Origin: Podarcis muralis
Lineage: Eukaryota
Length of the DNA: 64,000 nucleotides
Direction: 5' to 3'
Assembly (NCBI RefSeq): GCF_964188315.1
Contig: NC_135660.1
Location: 47,244,001-47,308,000 of the forward strand
Within the stretch, counting starts at the first letter, position 1; each line of letters starts with the position of its first letter. Shown one piece after another: positions 24,961 to 38,045 of the stretch. A program made the translations under genes and the position numbers. The notes below the pieces were generated by a model. It saw nothing but the letters and a program-made list of their open reading frames with translations, did not search any database and was not told where the DNA came from.

Positions 24961-25285
24961 AGCATCTCCACCCCCATTGTTCAGACCAGACACTGAGATC
25001 CAGCGCCAAGGGCCCCTCTGGCAGTTCCCTCACTGCGAGAAGTGAGGTTACAGGGAACCAGGCAGAGGGCCTTCTCAGTAGTGGTGCCCGCCCTGTGGAA
25101 CGCCCTCCCAGCAGATGTCAAGGAAATAAACAACTACCTGACTTTTAGAAGACATCTGAAGGAAGCCCTGTTTAGGGAAGTTTTTAATGTTTGAAGTTTT
25201 ATTCTGTTTAATATTCTGTTGGGAGCCACCCAGAGTGGCTGGGGAAACCCAGCCAGATGGGCGGGCTATAGATAAATAAATATTT
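24961..25285 (+). mobile_element. L2 LINE 3' fragment (same family as 6057)
   Basis: Encodes LREVRLQGTRQRAFSVVVPALWNALP; same 3' UTR ggctggggaaacccagccagatgggc. Confidence 0.9.
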
Positions 25286-25802
25286 TTTTAAAAAATATTA
25301 TTATTAGACTGTTGCCACTAAGAGAGCACCCTGGGGGCCATATGAAGTAGATCCAGAGCTACATGTCTCTTCCCCACTGCTAGCAACCTCTGTAGACCTT
25401 GCCCTAACATGCCATGCCCTTTTTGGTATGGTCAAAAATGGGATACGGTAGGGGCACATCAGGAGAGACTGTGGATCCAAAGGATGCTAGTACTAGAAAT
25501 AACACCAGGCATGGTTCCCAGTGGGAAAGTTATAGCACCCCACCCCTCCAAGAAAGGAATAGAGGAATGCAAGAGCTCTGGTTCCTCTTCGTTGTTGTCC
25601 TGCTGGCACAAGCCCAACAGAAGGTTGTATATGGTGGTTCAATCCCTTTGATTCTCCCTCCTTCTCCCCTGTTTTAACAAATAAATGTCTGTTGGTAAAA
25701 TTGTTAGAATGTTAAGGGGAAAGAAAGCAAACATCAAAACACCTGGTAGTATTATTTTCACATTAAATAACAAAGTTTTATTACTGCTCTGTTTGGTTAA
25801 GC

Positions 25803-25925
25803 CAGCCTTTATCAAATTTGGATCCCTAGATGTTGGACGACAACTCTCATCATCCTACCTACGAGGAGCAGTGGTCAGAGAAGATTGGAGTTGTAGTCCA
25901 ACAACATAAAGCTTGATAAAGACTG
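25803..25925. mobile_element. Short hAT-type MITE (gactacaactcccatc family; further decayed copies near 41220, 42873, 52320, 57186, 59390)
   Basis: TIR CAGCCTTTATCAA / TTGATAAAGACTG with an internal palindrome gatgttggacgacaactc...ggagttgtagtccaacaac. Confidence 0.65.
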
Positions 25926-26150
25926 GAAGTTGTTTTCAAATGGACATAGTCATTAGCATGACTCTAAGAATCTATGGGACTTAGAGTGCCCCAAATTAAA
26001 AGGATCTTGCTTCATTCACCCTTATCTGTTTATTTATTTCCATAGTATCATTTGCTTTATCCTTCCTTATTCTTGCCATTTGTTGTATTCCAATTCCTCT
26101 CATATAGGCTTTACTGGTATCCAAAATGATTTTCCTGTCTGTCCCATGTT

Positions 26151-26477
26151 CTTGTTGTTTAGTCGTTTAGTCGTGTCCGACTCTTCATGACCCCATGGAC
26201 CAGAGCACGCCAGGCACTCCTGTCCTCCACTGCCTCCCGCAGTTTGGTCAAACTCATGCTGATAGCTTCGAGAACACTGTCCAACCATCTTGTCCTCTGT
26301 CATCCCCTTCTCCTTGTGCCCTCCATCTTTCCCAACATCAGGGTCTTTTCCAGGGAGACTTCTCTTCTCATGAGGTGGCCAAAGTATTGGAGCCTCAGCT
26401 TCACGATCTGTCCTTCCAGGGCTGATTTCCTTAAGAATGGATAGGTTTGATCTCCTTACAGTCCATGGGACTCAAGG
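26151..26477 (-). mobile_element. BovB 3' fragment
   Basis: Reverse complement of 2950-3277 (gtcgtttagtcgtgtccgactc, ccatggaccagagcacgccaggcac), with a (TTG)n tail. Confidence 0.92.
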
Positions 26478-28831
26478 CAGTGATCCATGAAGGGGTCTGT
26501 CCCATGTCTCTCATTAATTTCAAAAAATTCCTTCAACAATTCCCTCATTTTATTCACCCTTTGCTTATCTCTTCATATCTTATCATTCATCCTCCATCTC
26601 CCTCTCATATGTTTTTTAAATTTTATGTGTATGAAAAAAAATACCAACCTTGCATAGAAGTTGAAACAACTTCTGATGGAAACAATTGAGTTTAATCATA
26701 TTATTTTTCCTACATATGTGCTCCCGTCAGAATTGTGAAAGCAGCCAGGATATTAATTTAAAGCCTCTGTTGAAACGATCTCTTATAACATGCTTGAGAA
26801 GAATTTAATCTATTATTACCATTATTGTTATTGTTATTTAACATTTCAGCAGAAGCAACTGAAAGAATATTAAGGTTATAACCACAAAACTCCTTGTCAG
26901 AATTAAATAGCCCCTAGTTCCAAAAATGGGTGGTGGGACAATTAAAGGAAGCAGTCCAAAAAGAGATTCCTGTCTCCAGTCTCTTGACAGGTAGGCTGAC
27001 TCTTGCTGCACCAGTCACTTTCTAGAATTCAGGATCTTTAATTCTACCTTTTGATTTATAGGCAATTTTAAGCATGTAAGAAAAACCCTGTTAGATCAGC
27101 CTATCTAGTCTTGCATCCTGTTCTCATGGCAGTCAGATTCTTGTGGGAGGCCAACTAGCAGGATATGAGAAGGCAGCAAAACTCTGTGTGTTGCATTCAC
27201 CCTCTGAGTATAACCCCAAATAAATGGACATATATATACAATATAGTGTGTGAAGCAGCCATTAGCCACTCTACTGCCGCATTTCTCAGAATAAGCTCAG
27301 GTAGGTCAACATCTCCTCATGGGCAAAGAAGGCAGCAATGTTTTCACTTCTCCTCTTCAAAGGTGGTCTTGTGCTGTGGTATCATCCATCATGACTCTCT
27401 TTTGAACTCTGCTAAATTTCCCAGCTGCCTTTCTTAATGCTCCAGCTGTCAGGCAAGTTCATTACAGTACACAGCAGTCAGCAGTTGATTTTATTTCATA
27501 GCGCAGCACAGCGAAGTATCTATTTCATGATGCTTTACCTTACTGCAACACCATGAGCTATTACTTAGAGGGTACAGCAGCTTAATAAGATGCAGCTTCT
27601 GTTAGAAATTTTGCAGCTTTTCCTGTCAAGAGTCTAGAGAATGCAATGGAAAATAGAACAATCATCCCATTTTCCTGAGCCTGTGTTCTTATAGGATATC
27701 ATTGTACTAAGATTTGATCTGATAATATGAACTGATTTTTGTTTCTGATGGTTATGTTTTTAATCATATGTATATTCTAGTATGTATTTTATTTCTCTTA
27801 GGCTGCATTCCTACAATACTCACACAGGTGTAAACAGATGAGAATGGATTGCACTGTTAATTATCAACTTATATGTTTGTTTTTATGGTAGATAGCTTTG
27901 TCTTTTTAAAAAATGATAAAAATAAAAATTTTAAGAACTGTCACATGCTTAGACTCAATAAGCCCTGCTGAGGAACTTAACGCTAGCTAAACTTGCATAA
28001 AATTGGTTTTCATTAATCGTGCTGAGATTTTTTTATATGGAAAAACTATGTATAACAGACCAATATTATCTTGCTTACTTTGGAAAAAATAGCCATAACA
28101 CACAATTGTCATAATTGGAATATTTATTCAAAAAATAGCTTTAAAAGGAATGAAAGAAAAACCTTGTGGCTTGAAGTACAATTCCAGAAATATAAAAAGA
28201 AAAGTGAATAATGGGATTATACATTACACAGGTTCCTCCCTATATAATTAGTTACATGTGTGAAGATAGTGAGAGGATGCTAGATATGGAGAACGGTTTT
28301 AAAGAAATATGAGGCAGAGCCTTGGAAACCCAGCTTAGCTGTGAGGAGACTTGTACCAGGAAGAAACCAGCAAGCGGGGAAGTTCATACCTAAATAGCTG
28401 GATTTGGGCTCTTGCAAGAGCTAGAGTGAGATTCATGAATTAAGGAAGACAGAGAGAAGTGAGAAAGTTGAGGTGTGTGGATTACCTGTCCTGCAGCAGA
28501 ATGAACACTGAGAAGGGAAAAGTTTTTAACCGTAACAGTTGATATGTCATCATGAATGGGCTCGAGAGCTGACAGGGATTTGTTGTTTCAGACAATTCTT
28601 CCACTGTCAAAACAGCAGTCCCGAAGAGATGGCTGACAAACAGACGCCAAAATCATACCTTATATATTTTCTCCTTTCAACCCTCATAAATTGATGCCAA
28701 AACAGAAAAAAACTTTCTTCTTGAAAAGCTGTTGACATGGAAAAGGTTCAGAAAAGAGCAACCAAAATGATCAAGGGGTTGAGCAACTTCCCATGAGGAA
28801 AGTATGCAGCATTTGGGGCTCTTTAGTTTAG

Positions 28832-29513
28832 TGGGTGGCGCTGTGGTCTAAACCACAGAGCCTAGGGCTTGCTGATCAGAAGGTTGGCTGTTCGAATCCC
28901 CGCGATGGGGTGAGCTCCCGTTGTTCCGTCCCTGCTCCTGCTAACCTAGCAGTTCGAAAGCACATAAAAGTACCACTCCAGCTGGAAGGTAAATGGCATT
29001 TCCGTGCGCTGCTGTGGTTCACCATGTTTAGCCTGGAGAAGAGGAGGTTAAGGGGTGATATGATAGCCATGTTCAAACATATAAAAGGATGTCATATAGA
29101 GGAGGGAGAAAGGTTGTTTTCTGCTGCTCCAGAGAAGCGGACACGGAGCAATGGATCCAAACTACAAGAAAGAAGATTCCACCTAAACATTAGGAAGAAC
29201 TTCCTGACAGTAAGAGCTGTTCGACAGTGGAATTTGCTGCCAAGGAGTGTGGTGGAGTCTCCTTCTTTGGAGGTCTTTAAGCAGAGGCTTGACAACCATA
29301 TGTCAGGAGTGCTCTGATGGTGTTTCCTGCTTGGCAGGGGGTTGGACTCGATGGCCCTTGTGGTCTATTCCAACTCTATGATTCTATGATTCACCAGAAG
29401 TGGCTTAGTCATGCTGGCCACATGACGCCGGCTCCCTCAGCCTATAGAGCGAGATGGGCACCGCAACCCCAGAGTCGTCCACGACTGGACCTAATGGTCA
29501 GGGGTCCCTATAC
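28832..29513 (+). mobile_element. Sauria SINE split by a young CR1
   Basis: 5' half at 28832-29024, 3' half at 29390-29513. 11-bp TSD CTTTAGTTTAG at 28821-28831 and 29514-29524. Confidence 0.9.
29025..29389 (+). mobile_element. Young CR1 LINE 3' end
   Basis: Encodes FSLEKRRLRGDMIAMFK...FHLNIRKNFLTVRAVRQWNLLP and ends in an (ATTCTATG)n tail. TSD TTCACCA at 29018-29024 and 29390-29396. Confidence 0.95.
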
Positions 29514-30164
29514 CTTTAGTTTAGCAAAAAGGTGAGTAAGGTAGAAGTTTATAAAATTATGCATTGAATGAAGAAAGTGGATAGATAAAAGCTTCTCTCT
29601 CTCATAACAATAGAGCTTCTAGTGAGTCTGAATGTTGAATAATTCAGGACAGACAATATTCCATAGTTCTCGTTCTCTCAAAATTTCCCAGTTGCTTTAT
29701 TATTATTTTGTTGCTATTGTGGCATCATTTCTTCCAGGTGGAAGAAAATTTTGCCTTTCCCCACCTTTATTTCATAATTTAAAACATTGGTGTTAATTTC
29801 TGTCCTCTCCGTCTGGTCAGAACAGATAATTAGAACAAAATTTATAATTTGTAGTAACACTACCACTGTGACCATCTCCTCATTTCCCCCTCCTCAAAAT
29901 TGTCTGCTGGCTGAAGGGAAGCTTCGAAAAGAAATTAGATTCATTGTTTGCATACACCACTATATTTAGCCAGTGGCTATGTAGCTCCAATTAACTTGTT
30001 TAACAATATGGGTGAAATGAGGTTATTGGATTATACTCACAGCCAATTAGAGTTGCTATGGTTGAATTATTTTTTTCTGCTTTAGCTTTATTTAAAGTTA
30101 AGAAAACACAGAGAAATTGGAGAGATATCTTCCACTCTCAGTTTTGTACAAATAAAACTGTTTC

Positions 30165-30204
30165 CATTATATAGCACAATCAGACATTATATAGCACAAT
30201 CAGA
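30165..30204. repeat. Perfect 20-bp tandem duplication (CATTATATAGCACAATCAGA)x2
   Basis: Read directly from the sequence. Confidence 0.95.
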
Positions 30205-30514
30205 CAAAGTATAGAATCTTTCTTACAATAGGGAGCAAAAACGTCTCATAAAATGCTGTTATATGCCTTCCTGAAAACAACTTTCCTGTCATTGTTTAGC
30301 TCCATTGCTCTTTTCGCTGGACTGCATTATTCAGAAAATAAATAACTCTAAAGACAATCACTTCTACACGTGACAGAGTGAATGAAGTTGTATGAGAACT
30401 CAATTATATTAGATAAATAATGGAGGACGTCATCAGAACAGTAAGCTAGACACTAAAGCTCTATTTAGGAACCACCCAATATAAAATTCTGTCACTACAC
30501 CCTCTTTTTTGCAG

Positions 30515-30566
30515 TCCCAACCTCTAACTCTGCCACCACCCGTACTCTGAAGGAGGAACTGCTGAA
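30515..30566 (+). CDS. Candidate 52-nt exon (PTSNSATTRTLKEELL, phase 1 to 2)
   Basis: Acceptor ccctcttttttgcAG, donor AA|GTAAGA. Only one frame is open. No homology recognised. Confidence 0.3.
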
Positions 30567-33500
30567 GTAAGATTCCTGTTTTCCACTTGTAGGCTCTCAG
30601 CATTAAATAAGTACCCTGACTGCATGATGAGGCCAAGTGGGGAGTCTCTAATGGTTGTATAATACTCTCACACACCTCTCTATCCAGGTAAGCAAGAATC
30701 ATGATCAGAGTTCAAGGACACATTCAAGCCAGGCAAAAACAGTCAATATGGGTGTGAAGCAAATCAAGCTAAGCGTGGGGCTTGGGAGAGATAGGGTGGT
30801 TGGGGAAGAGAGATGGCCTGGGAAAGAGTCCCAATGGCCAGGTAGAAGGCTGCATTTGGCCCCCAGACCTGCTCCAAATGCTCTCACTCATTATGCTCAT
30901 ATCAGTCGCCACATTCCCAAACCTATCTCCATTCTAATTCCATATATCTAACTGTGTTTGTGAAGTTACCTCCTGAGCATTACATGGTTGTTTCAACATA
31001 ATTGTGGGGAGAAATGTTGATTTTTCCATTCAAAATGTCCCCTCTCCTCTTATTCTCTGGCATAGTTATACATGTTATTATACGTCCTTTGTTTCCCAGA
31101 CACACAACCATAGGTAATCTTTAACTCGCTCCCCCCCCCCCTCTCACTCTCAGGGGAGGCCATGTGGGTATGTCTACATGATGTGTAAACACCATGATTA
31201 ATGCAACTTCTTGTTATGGCTTTAGCTGAACAGATTAATTGAAGACTGCTTTGGGGCAGTCTTTAGCATTATAATTTTGGAACTAGCCAGTTAACAGGTG
31301 TACACCATTTAGATACAGCAGGTGGGATACCAGTGAACTCACAGAAGTTGAAAACATCTGACTGAAGCCAACTACCAGCTGCCTACATTGGCAAACAATC
31401 CTCACCCACAAGGAGAGGATTTGCAATGAAAGACTTTAATTAAGAGCTATACATTTTTATCACACAAATCTAATGGAGTTTATTGGGAATGGGAAACAGC
31501 CCCTTATGTTTGAAGGCTCTTGTAACATTAAGTAAGTTATCAAATGCTACTGATGCTAAAGAATTAACCTGTTATACTGTATTTTCTCTGGGGGGTTTTG
31601 TATAAAGCCTGTTCCACAATAATGGGACATATTTAGCAGCTGTCTTACTGCCTGCCATCTTTCTCAGGGATGGGTAGAAAGGGCACCCATAATGCCACAT
31701 TCTCTGTTCTTCATTTCTTAGATGTTAAAGGAGCAGACATTTCCTGTGCTACAAGCCCACCCATTGTTCCAAATTAAAGATTCATTTGCCTTTCTCTGGA
31801 ACGAACAACACTGCATTCATTAAGAGTCCACAATGCTACCCTTTGTGGTCTTGCTTAACAATCTTTGGGAAATGTAACTGGACAAGCCTCGGAGCATGAA
31901 AAATGAGAAAGGTTCAAAAAATAACAAGCCCAATACAAGTTGAGAGAAAAGTTGCATCCCACTAATACCTCCCACTTTTTGACCTATAAGCTGTAGGGTA
32001 AATGCAGTTCACATTTATTTGCTTACTTGAATTATATTGGCTTTCCAAATATCAGAGTGACGTCCATTTTGATACAAAAAATCACAATAAAAAAACAATT
32101 CAAAATCAAAAGCCATACAGTGTCTAAAATAGAAGTTTTAAAATTCCTTTAAAAAAAATCCATTCACTATTCATAGTCCAAAAGTCAGTCTTCATCTAAT
32201 GCCCCGAACCCTTTCTGAAAAGATTGGTCTTGCATAACCATTTTTAGGCCAGCAGAGATGCATCATATTGCACCTCCTGTCAGTGGTCATTCCCCATCCT
32301 GAAGCTATAGGTGGAAAAGCCCTGCTTGTTGCTGTAGATGACCATACTTCCTGTATAGAGAGAACCAGTGCCTTTTTTCTAGGGGGAAAACGTGCTGGTA
32401 CTGCATACCTCTGAGTACCCCCAGAAGAAGAAAAAGCACTGGAGTGGACAGGAAGCAGGATTATCAGGTGGGCATGTTCACATGATGCAGTCATATGTAA
32501 ACAATGAAGCTTCTAACTTCTGACATTGTAGAGTGGCCATAGGGCATCACTAGGGGCTGATGTTCCTGATTGCTTCACTCACCAACTCTTAGCTCCACCA
32601 ACCTGCACTCTGATCAGGGACCGAAATAAATCGATTCATTCATTCCACCAACTTCCTTCCCCAAATCCCCCTCCCCCTTACTCATTCCCCAAGCCCCCTC
32701 CCCTTAGCTCCTCCCTTTATTCCTTGCCAATCCTCCTGTTATATTTTGGTAATTTTAGGCATTGCATCTGGTGCTCCTAACAGAGACTTGTTTTCTTTAG
32801 TCATCCACAAGAAACCTACATTCATTAGGAAATTCAGTTGGCAGGCTTGGCAGGCTAGAAGGACTCAACAGCACTTGACACTTAACTTACAGACCTGTGA
32901 CTACCAAGGGCTAAACTATTGTCTTCATTTTGAGCTCTTTAAAGTACTGCTTCGCTCTGGTTTTATTTTACTTTTTCATTTCCTACTGACATCAGTACTG
33001 TCAAATGAAGGATTGTGCTGGGAGTCCCCAACCAGCCATGCTACACGGCAAGGTGGTTTGCGATGGCATGCAAGATTTGTAATGCTCTCCCCACCTGAGA
33101 GCTGTGTCACAGGCCTTAACACCTGCCTGTTGGGCACCGGTGTTTCTAATATTTGGGAAACAGCATCCAGAGGCAATTCCTAGTGCTCTGTTTGGCAGTT
33201 TAACATCACTCTAACTGTTTAATGCCAGTTTAACCTCACGCCACGTCCTTGTGCGTGACAAATCCCAATACCTCTTTGGTTTAAGAAGCTTAGCTTAATG
33301 ATCCAAGTGGCATAATCCTTCTGATAAGGAAGATTAAGGGTCTGTCTGGAGACTTGTAAATATGATTGCCAGGCTTTGTTTTGGGGTTGTTTGTTTTTTA
33401 ATCTGAATATAAGCTGATCTTCTAGGGCAGTGATTCCCTGCCCCTGCTACAAAGAGATTAGAGCCCCCCAGTTAATTTCTGAGTACTCGAAAGGGCAAGA

Positions 33501-34350
33501 AAAAGTGGTACTTATCTATAAACAATGGGCAGCTAAGCGTCTGTATTTCATAAAAGAAGCATCTTATGTGCTTTTTAAGATACTATATAAGAGTATCATA
33601 ACATGTTGAAGTTCTAATCTTGGAAACCTTATTAAGTCAATCTAGCCAAGAAATCTATTAAGCAGGATCAGATGCAATTCTGGATGTGAGGTGTTTGATC
33701 AACAACAACAACAAAAACATCTTAGGCACAAATGTTCAAACAGGAGCTCTGTTTATTTGCAGCTACAAACAGAGAATTGTCAGGTGTTTCAATAACTTTA
33801 TTTTAAAACAAGCCTGCAGAGCATAGGATGAAGGCACTATTGAAAAGGCGGGCCCAAAAGACATAGTTGTCCTGCTTTTAGTGACATGTCATACAAGTGA
33901 ACCAACTTTGCTTAGTACTGCAAGAACAACCCAATAATCCCCTCTCCCCAACACATTTCAAAAGGTTATAGTAAAAGATAAATTATTAGGTAACACTAGG
34001 AGTTAACTATCAGGAAGCACCTCCATTCACTCTCCTTTGAGTGAGTGTTTAAACTCTGTAGAAGATGCTACAGCTGCTGTACTCGGTTTTCTGCTCAGTT
34101 AATATTTTATTTATTACAAAGCTGTATTTTTATAAAGCTTTCTTATCTTCATTCCACAAATGAAAATTTAGGTTGTACCTAGTTCTTGTTCAAGAAATGG
34201 AAACATAAAGATGACTTAGTATTTTTAAAACATATGTTGTTATTTGTGATGTGCCACATAACTCTAGCCACATAAATAATTAGGTTAGCCCACTCCTCAA
34301 CCAATTAACTCAGTGGGCTGAATCCAGGTTAAGTTAGTTGCAGTTCGGGT

Positions 34351-34413
34351 TCATCCACACTTCTATTGAATTGAATTGGACTTACTTCTGGGTAGACATA
34401 GTTAGGATTGCAG
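34351..34413. repeat. Short semi-palindromic squamate interspersed repeat (copies also at 38243-38322 and 49116-49179)
   Basis: Shared core ttgaattcaat.ggactt.ct.c..ggta...ataggattg among the copies. Confidence 0.5.
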
Positions 34414-35540
34414 TGTATGACATGATTATTTATCCTGTTGACTTCTATGGACTTAAATTCATCTAGTTTCAACAGGATGAATCTTTGCTTAACGATATAA
34501 TGTTGGAAACCACAATCATAACTCATCACTAGAGGTCTCTGCATAGCTCAAAAATGACAAAGCGAAAAGTTAACTGTAACTGTAATGTCTTATATGCAAG
34601 CATTATCTTAAACCATTCTGCTACATGAGCTAAATCCTGGCACAGCCTTTGTTTATTTGAGGATGGATTATTATAAAATAATGTTTTAAAATGTAAATTT
34701 GTGAATTTAATGGTTTCAGTGAGGCAGTATTGATGAATTGTACTCCAAGAAATGTGGAAGTATGCAATCATATAATTTTCTTCCCAAATCATATTTATTG
34801 TTAACTTTATCCCCCAAAAGAGAAAAATAGACAGAGTTTATATGCACAGAGGAGATCCTGGAGAATCATGTGTCATTTTATATACAACCTCAAGGTTGAA
34901 TTAATATCAAAAGTTCCTAAATATCAGAGGCAGAGAAAGAAAGAAAATGTCCCCAGGTTTTCTGTAGATAAACACGATTACAGTCCTGTAGTGTTAATTC
35001 AAATGCACTGAGTTGTGAAATTCAGCTAATATAATTAATCTAGCAATATTGTACATCTGCCATGGACAGATAACATGAGAATATTGGTTCAATGGTGTGA
35101 CAGAAGCAAATAAACTGTGGTGACTTCCACAATGTCCTCTTTTTAAAAAATCTGTTTCATTACTTTGCAGACAAAATGTATACAAAATACATTCCACAGG
35201 TACGGGAAGGTTTAGCAGAATTGATTTAGGGTCCTAGCTGGAGGGGAAAAGATACTAAAACATATCACAATGTCTAACAAACAAAATATTGGTGTATTTT
35301 ACTGGTTATAACCTTGTCTGGGTTTCAGGCAAAACATGTACCAAATTAATAATGGCTGCAGGTCTCTGTGTAATTTTTCCCCATTCAATGGCTATGTCAG
35401 GTCAGGCTCGTAACATGAATTAAAACTGAAAGGGATATACATATAATAGAAAAGGAAACAGAGTAAGTAAGAGATGAGGCCAGAGGCCACACGACATTTT
35501 TTCCAGCTACTCAGGATTCCTTCTTGCACTTTTTCCTCAG

Positions 35541-35559
35541 CTAGTGGCTATCTAGGCAG
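35541..35559 (+). CDS. Candidate 19-nt microexon (SGYLG, phase 1 to 2)
   Basis: Acceptor ccttcttgcactttttcctcAG with TGC upstream; donor CAG|GTAGGC. Confidence 0.25.
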
Positions 35560-37884
35560 GTAGGCCTTGGGAGTGGCCCCCAACCCATTTTCTTCATCTT
35601 TGAGCTGTGCTTTATCTAAACAAAAGTTCCAGCCAGAACCTGCTTTCATTTATTCTGTTCTCCCGCCCACTTTTAGGAGTTAAACTCGACAAGGTGTAAG
35701 AGATCCCTACTGATTTGTCCTGTATCTTATCCAGTTTGGCCCTAGGACTTCCTTCTCACCCATCACCAGTGCTTTTTTTCTTTAAAAAAAAGTCTCATTT
35801 TCCTACTCATATTGAAATACTGCCCCTCAATGAGGCCAAACTTCGATTCACAAAATGCTTTGGGGTTTGCATACCCCTGCGTCACCCCAGAAAAGCACTG
35901 CCCATCGCCAAAAGGAAATATGAACTCTCTCCAAACCGCCATGGCAAACTCCTAAACACAAGGCTGCTTTCTTTTCTCTCCCTGCTCCTATCTGAATTTA
36001 TCCCAGGTCCATAGTTCCCCTATCCTAAGCCAATGCAGGATGCTAATGTCAATGGACAGAAGTTCCCACACAAACTTACTGCATGCTGCATCATGGGATA
36101 ATGGATAAAAGCTTTGGACAGTTACTCTAGCCCTGGTGGCCTTTCCCTTCTGCATGGGGCAGTGACCTATTAAGATGGTTCATCCCTAGAGACTAATGGG
36201 TCTAATCTGTCTACAGAGGGCTCTCAGGAGTTTTCCGGTTGGAATTGCCGGCTCTTCTAACAAAGCCCTGATTGACCTATGCAATACAAAGATGGCCCAG
36301 GCAATTGACATGATTGTGTTGAGCATTCCCTCTCAACTGGCAGAGCTTGGAAAGCTCTTTGGCACACCCTGGAGTGAAGAGCAATGAACTGAGAAGAGAG
36401 GCAGCTTCAGAATAGGTGGGGGGGAAACTCCCAGCAAATGTAATTGAACAGTGGTGCACATTCGCATTCAACACTGCTTAGTGGCAGCAAAGAAAACAGA
36501 GTTACTTCATTTGACAATGATGGTAATGTACAGTAATATGTTGCCTTTCCATGCAGGAGATTGAGATTCAGATCCCCGTTGTGCCATGAGATTTCCTTGC
36601 CATAAGCAGTGGCAGACTTGGGGCTTTCAAATTTCAGCAGTGCCCTGTGTGACATTCTCTGTGCTACAGCATTGTTGCGGGGTCCCCTGAAGTGCAATGC
36701 TCAGCACTGCCACATGGGTTGCACCACCCTAAAACCGCCTCTGCCCTAAGCACTATTTTGCGCACTGGGATGCCTTGAGCAACACACTTTCCGTCAGCTT
36801 CAATTACTTTTATAAGGCGGGCATTAGGAGAAATGAGATAAGAATTGGAAAGCACTGAGCAAATGGAAATGTGTTAGGAGAAATTATAAATAATAATAAG
36901 TGGTTGAGTCAGAACTCCTTGGTTCAAGCTTTCCATAGAATATTTATACTAGATATCCTTGATTTAATTGGAGTTGAATTTATCCAACGGAGAGCTATAA
37001 AAAACATGGAGATGGAAGACCACCCTGACACCAGGGACGGAAAAACTCAATGCATTATTGATAGGCTACAGAGGCTTTTATCTCAGAGTCATTAACATTT
37101 TGAATCAATCCCATATCAGAAGGAACCTGAGGTCATTACCAGCATTTTAAAATTGCTTTTGCTCAAAGAATTTGTTTTGCATGTCTTGTTGTTTTGGACC
37201 AGGAAAAACCTGCCTCTGAACCACTTGGCCGTGAATATTGTTTCTCCTTCCTTCTCTCTGATTCTAACATCGTTACATTGTTTTTTGACTCTGGATCAGA
37301 CCCAAGTACAAAGCATAGGCATCTGACATCTGTCAAAGTTTCCCCTTATATTTAAATAGTTACTTTTCAGAGGAAGAATTCACAGAAATAGAGGATGTTC
37401 CTGTCTCAACAGGCATTCTGGCCTGACTTGGGGCAAACATAAATGCGGTGGACAACTATGGGTGTTTTATCCACGTGACCCATATATTTGGGTGTATAAC
37501 AATGATTGGGGCATTTGTTTGGAGCATTTGTACCCTGCTCTTCAGCCAAAAAGGCTCCCAGAGCAGTTCACTAAGAATCAGTTAAAGCAAGGCAGTCTCT
37601 GTCCACAAGCTGAAAGACATGACGTATAAGGGGAAATGGACAGGAAGGGGAGATGATTGGAGGGGGGAAGCAAACTCAGGTGCCAGTATTCTGGCTCCAA
37701 TCCTACATACTAGGATGCAGAGGGCCAGTGTTCTGCTGGGTGAAGGATATATTCCTCTCGCCAGTGGTCCAAGCTGTTCATTTACAAAGTGCGTCTCTCC
37801 CTTCTTCTATCAATCCATTTCACCTTCTATCCCTCCCCAGTTTTCCCAACTCTTCTTCTCTCTCTCCACCATGTGAAATGACCA

Positions 37885-38045
37885 AGACTCCCATGAGACG
37901 TGGTGGACTCTCCTTCCTTGGAGGTTTTTAAACAGTGGTTGGATGGTCGTCTGTCAAGGATGCTTTAGCTGAGATTCCTGCATTGCAGGGGATTGGGCTA
38001 AATGACCCTCAGGTGCTTTCCAACTCTAAAGATTCTGTGATTCTA
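37885..38045 (+). mobile_element. CR1 3' end fragment
   Basis: gtggtggactctccttccttggaggtttttaaacag...gattcctgcattgcagggg...ttccaactctaaagattctgtgattcta. Confidence 0.85.

Larger units (their letters stand above)
28738..29656 (+). mobile_element. Old CR1 fragment split by a Sauria SINE
   Basis: tggaaaaggttcagaaaagagcaaccaaaatgatcaagggg...ctttagtttag resumes at ctttagtttagcaaaaagg...gtttataaaattatgcat...ttcaggacagac. Confidence 0.75.

Noticed and set aside
28835-29317. 160-aa ORF
   Set aside because: It is a chimera of Sauria SINE and CR1 sequence created by nesting.
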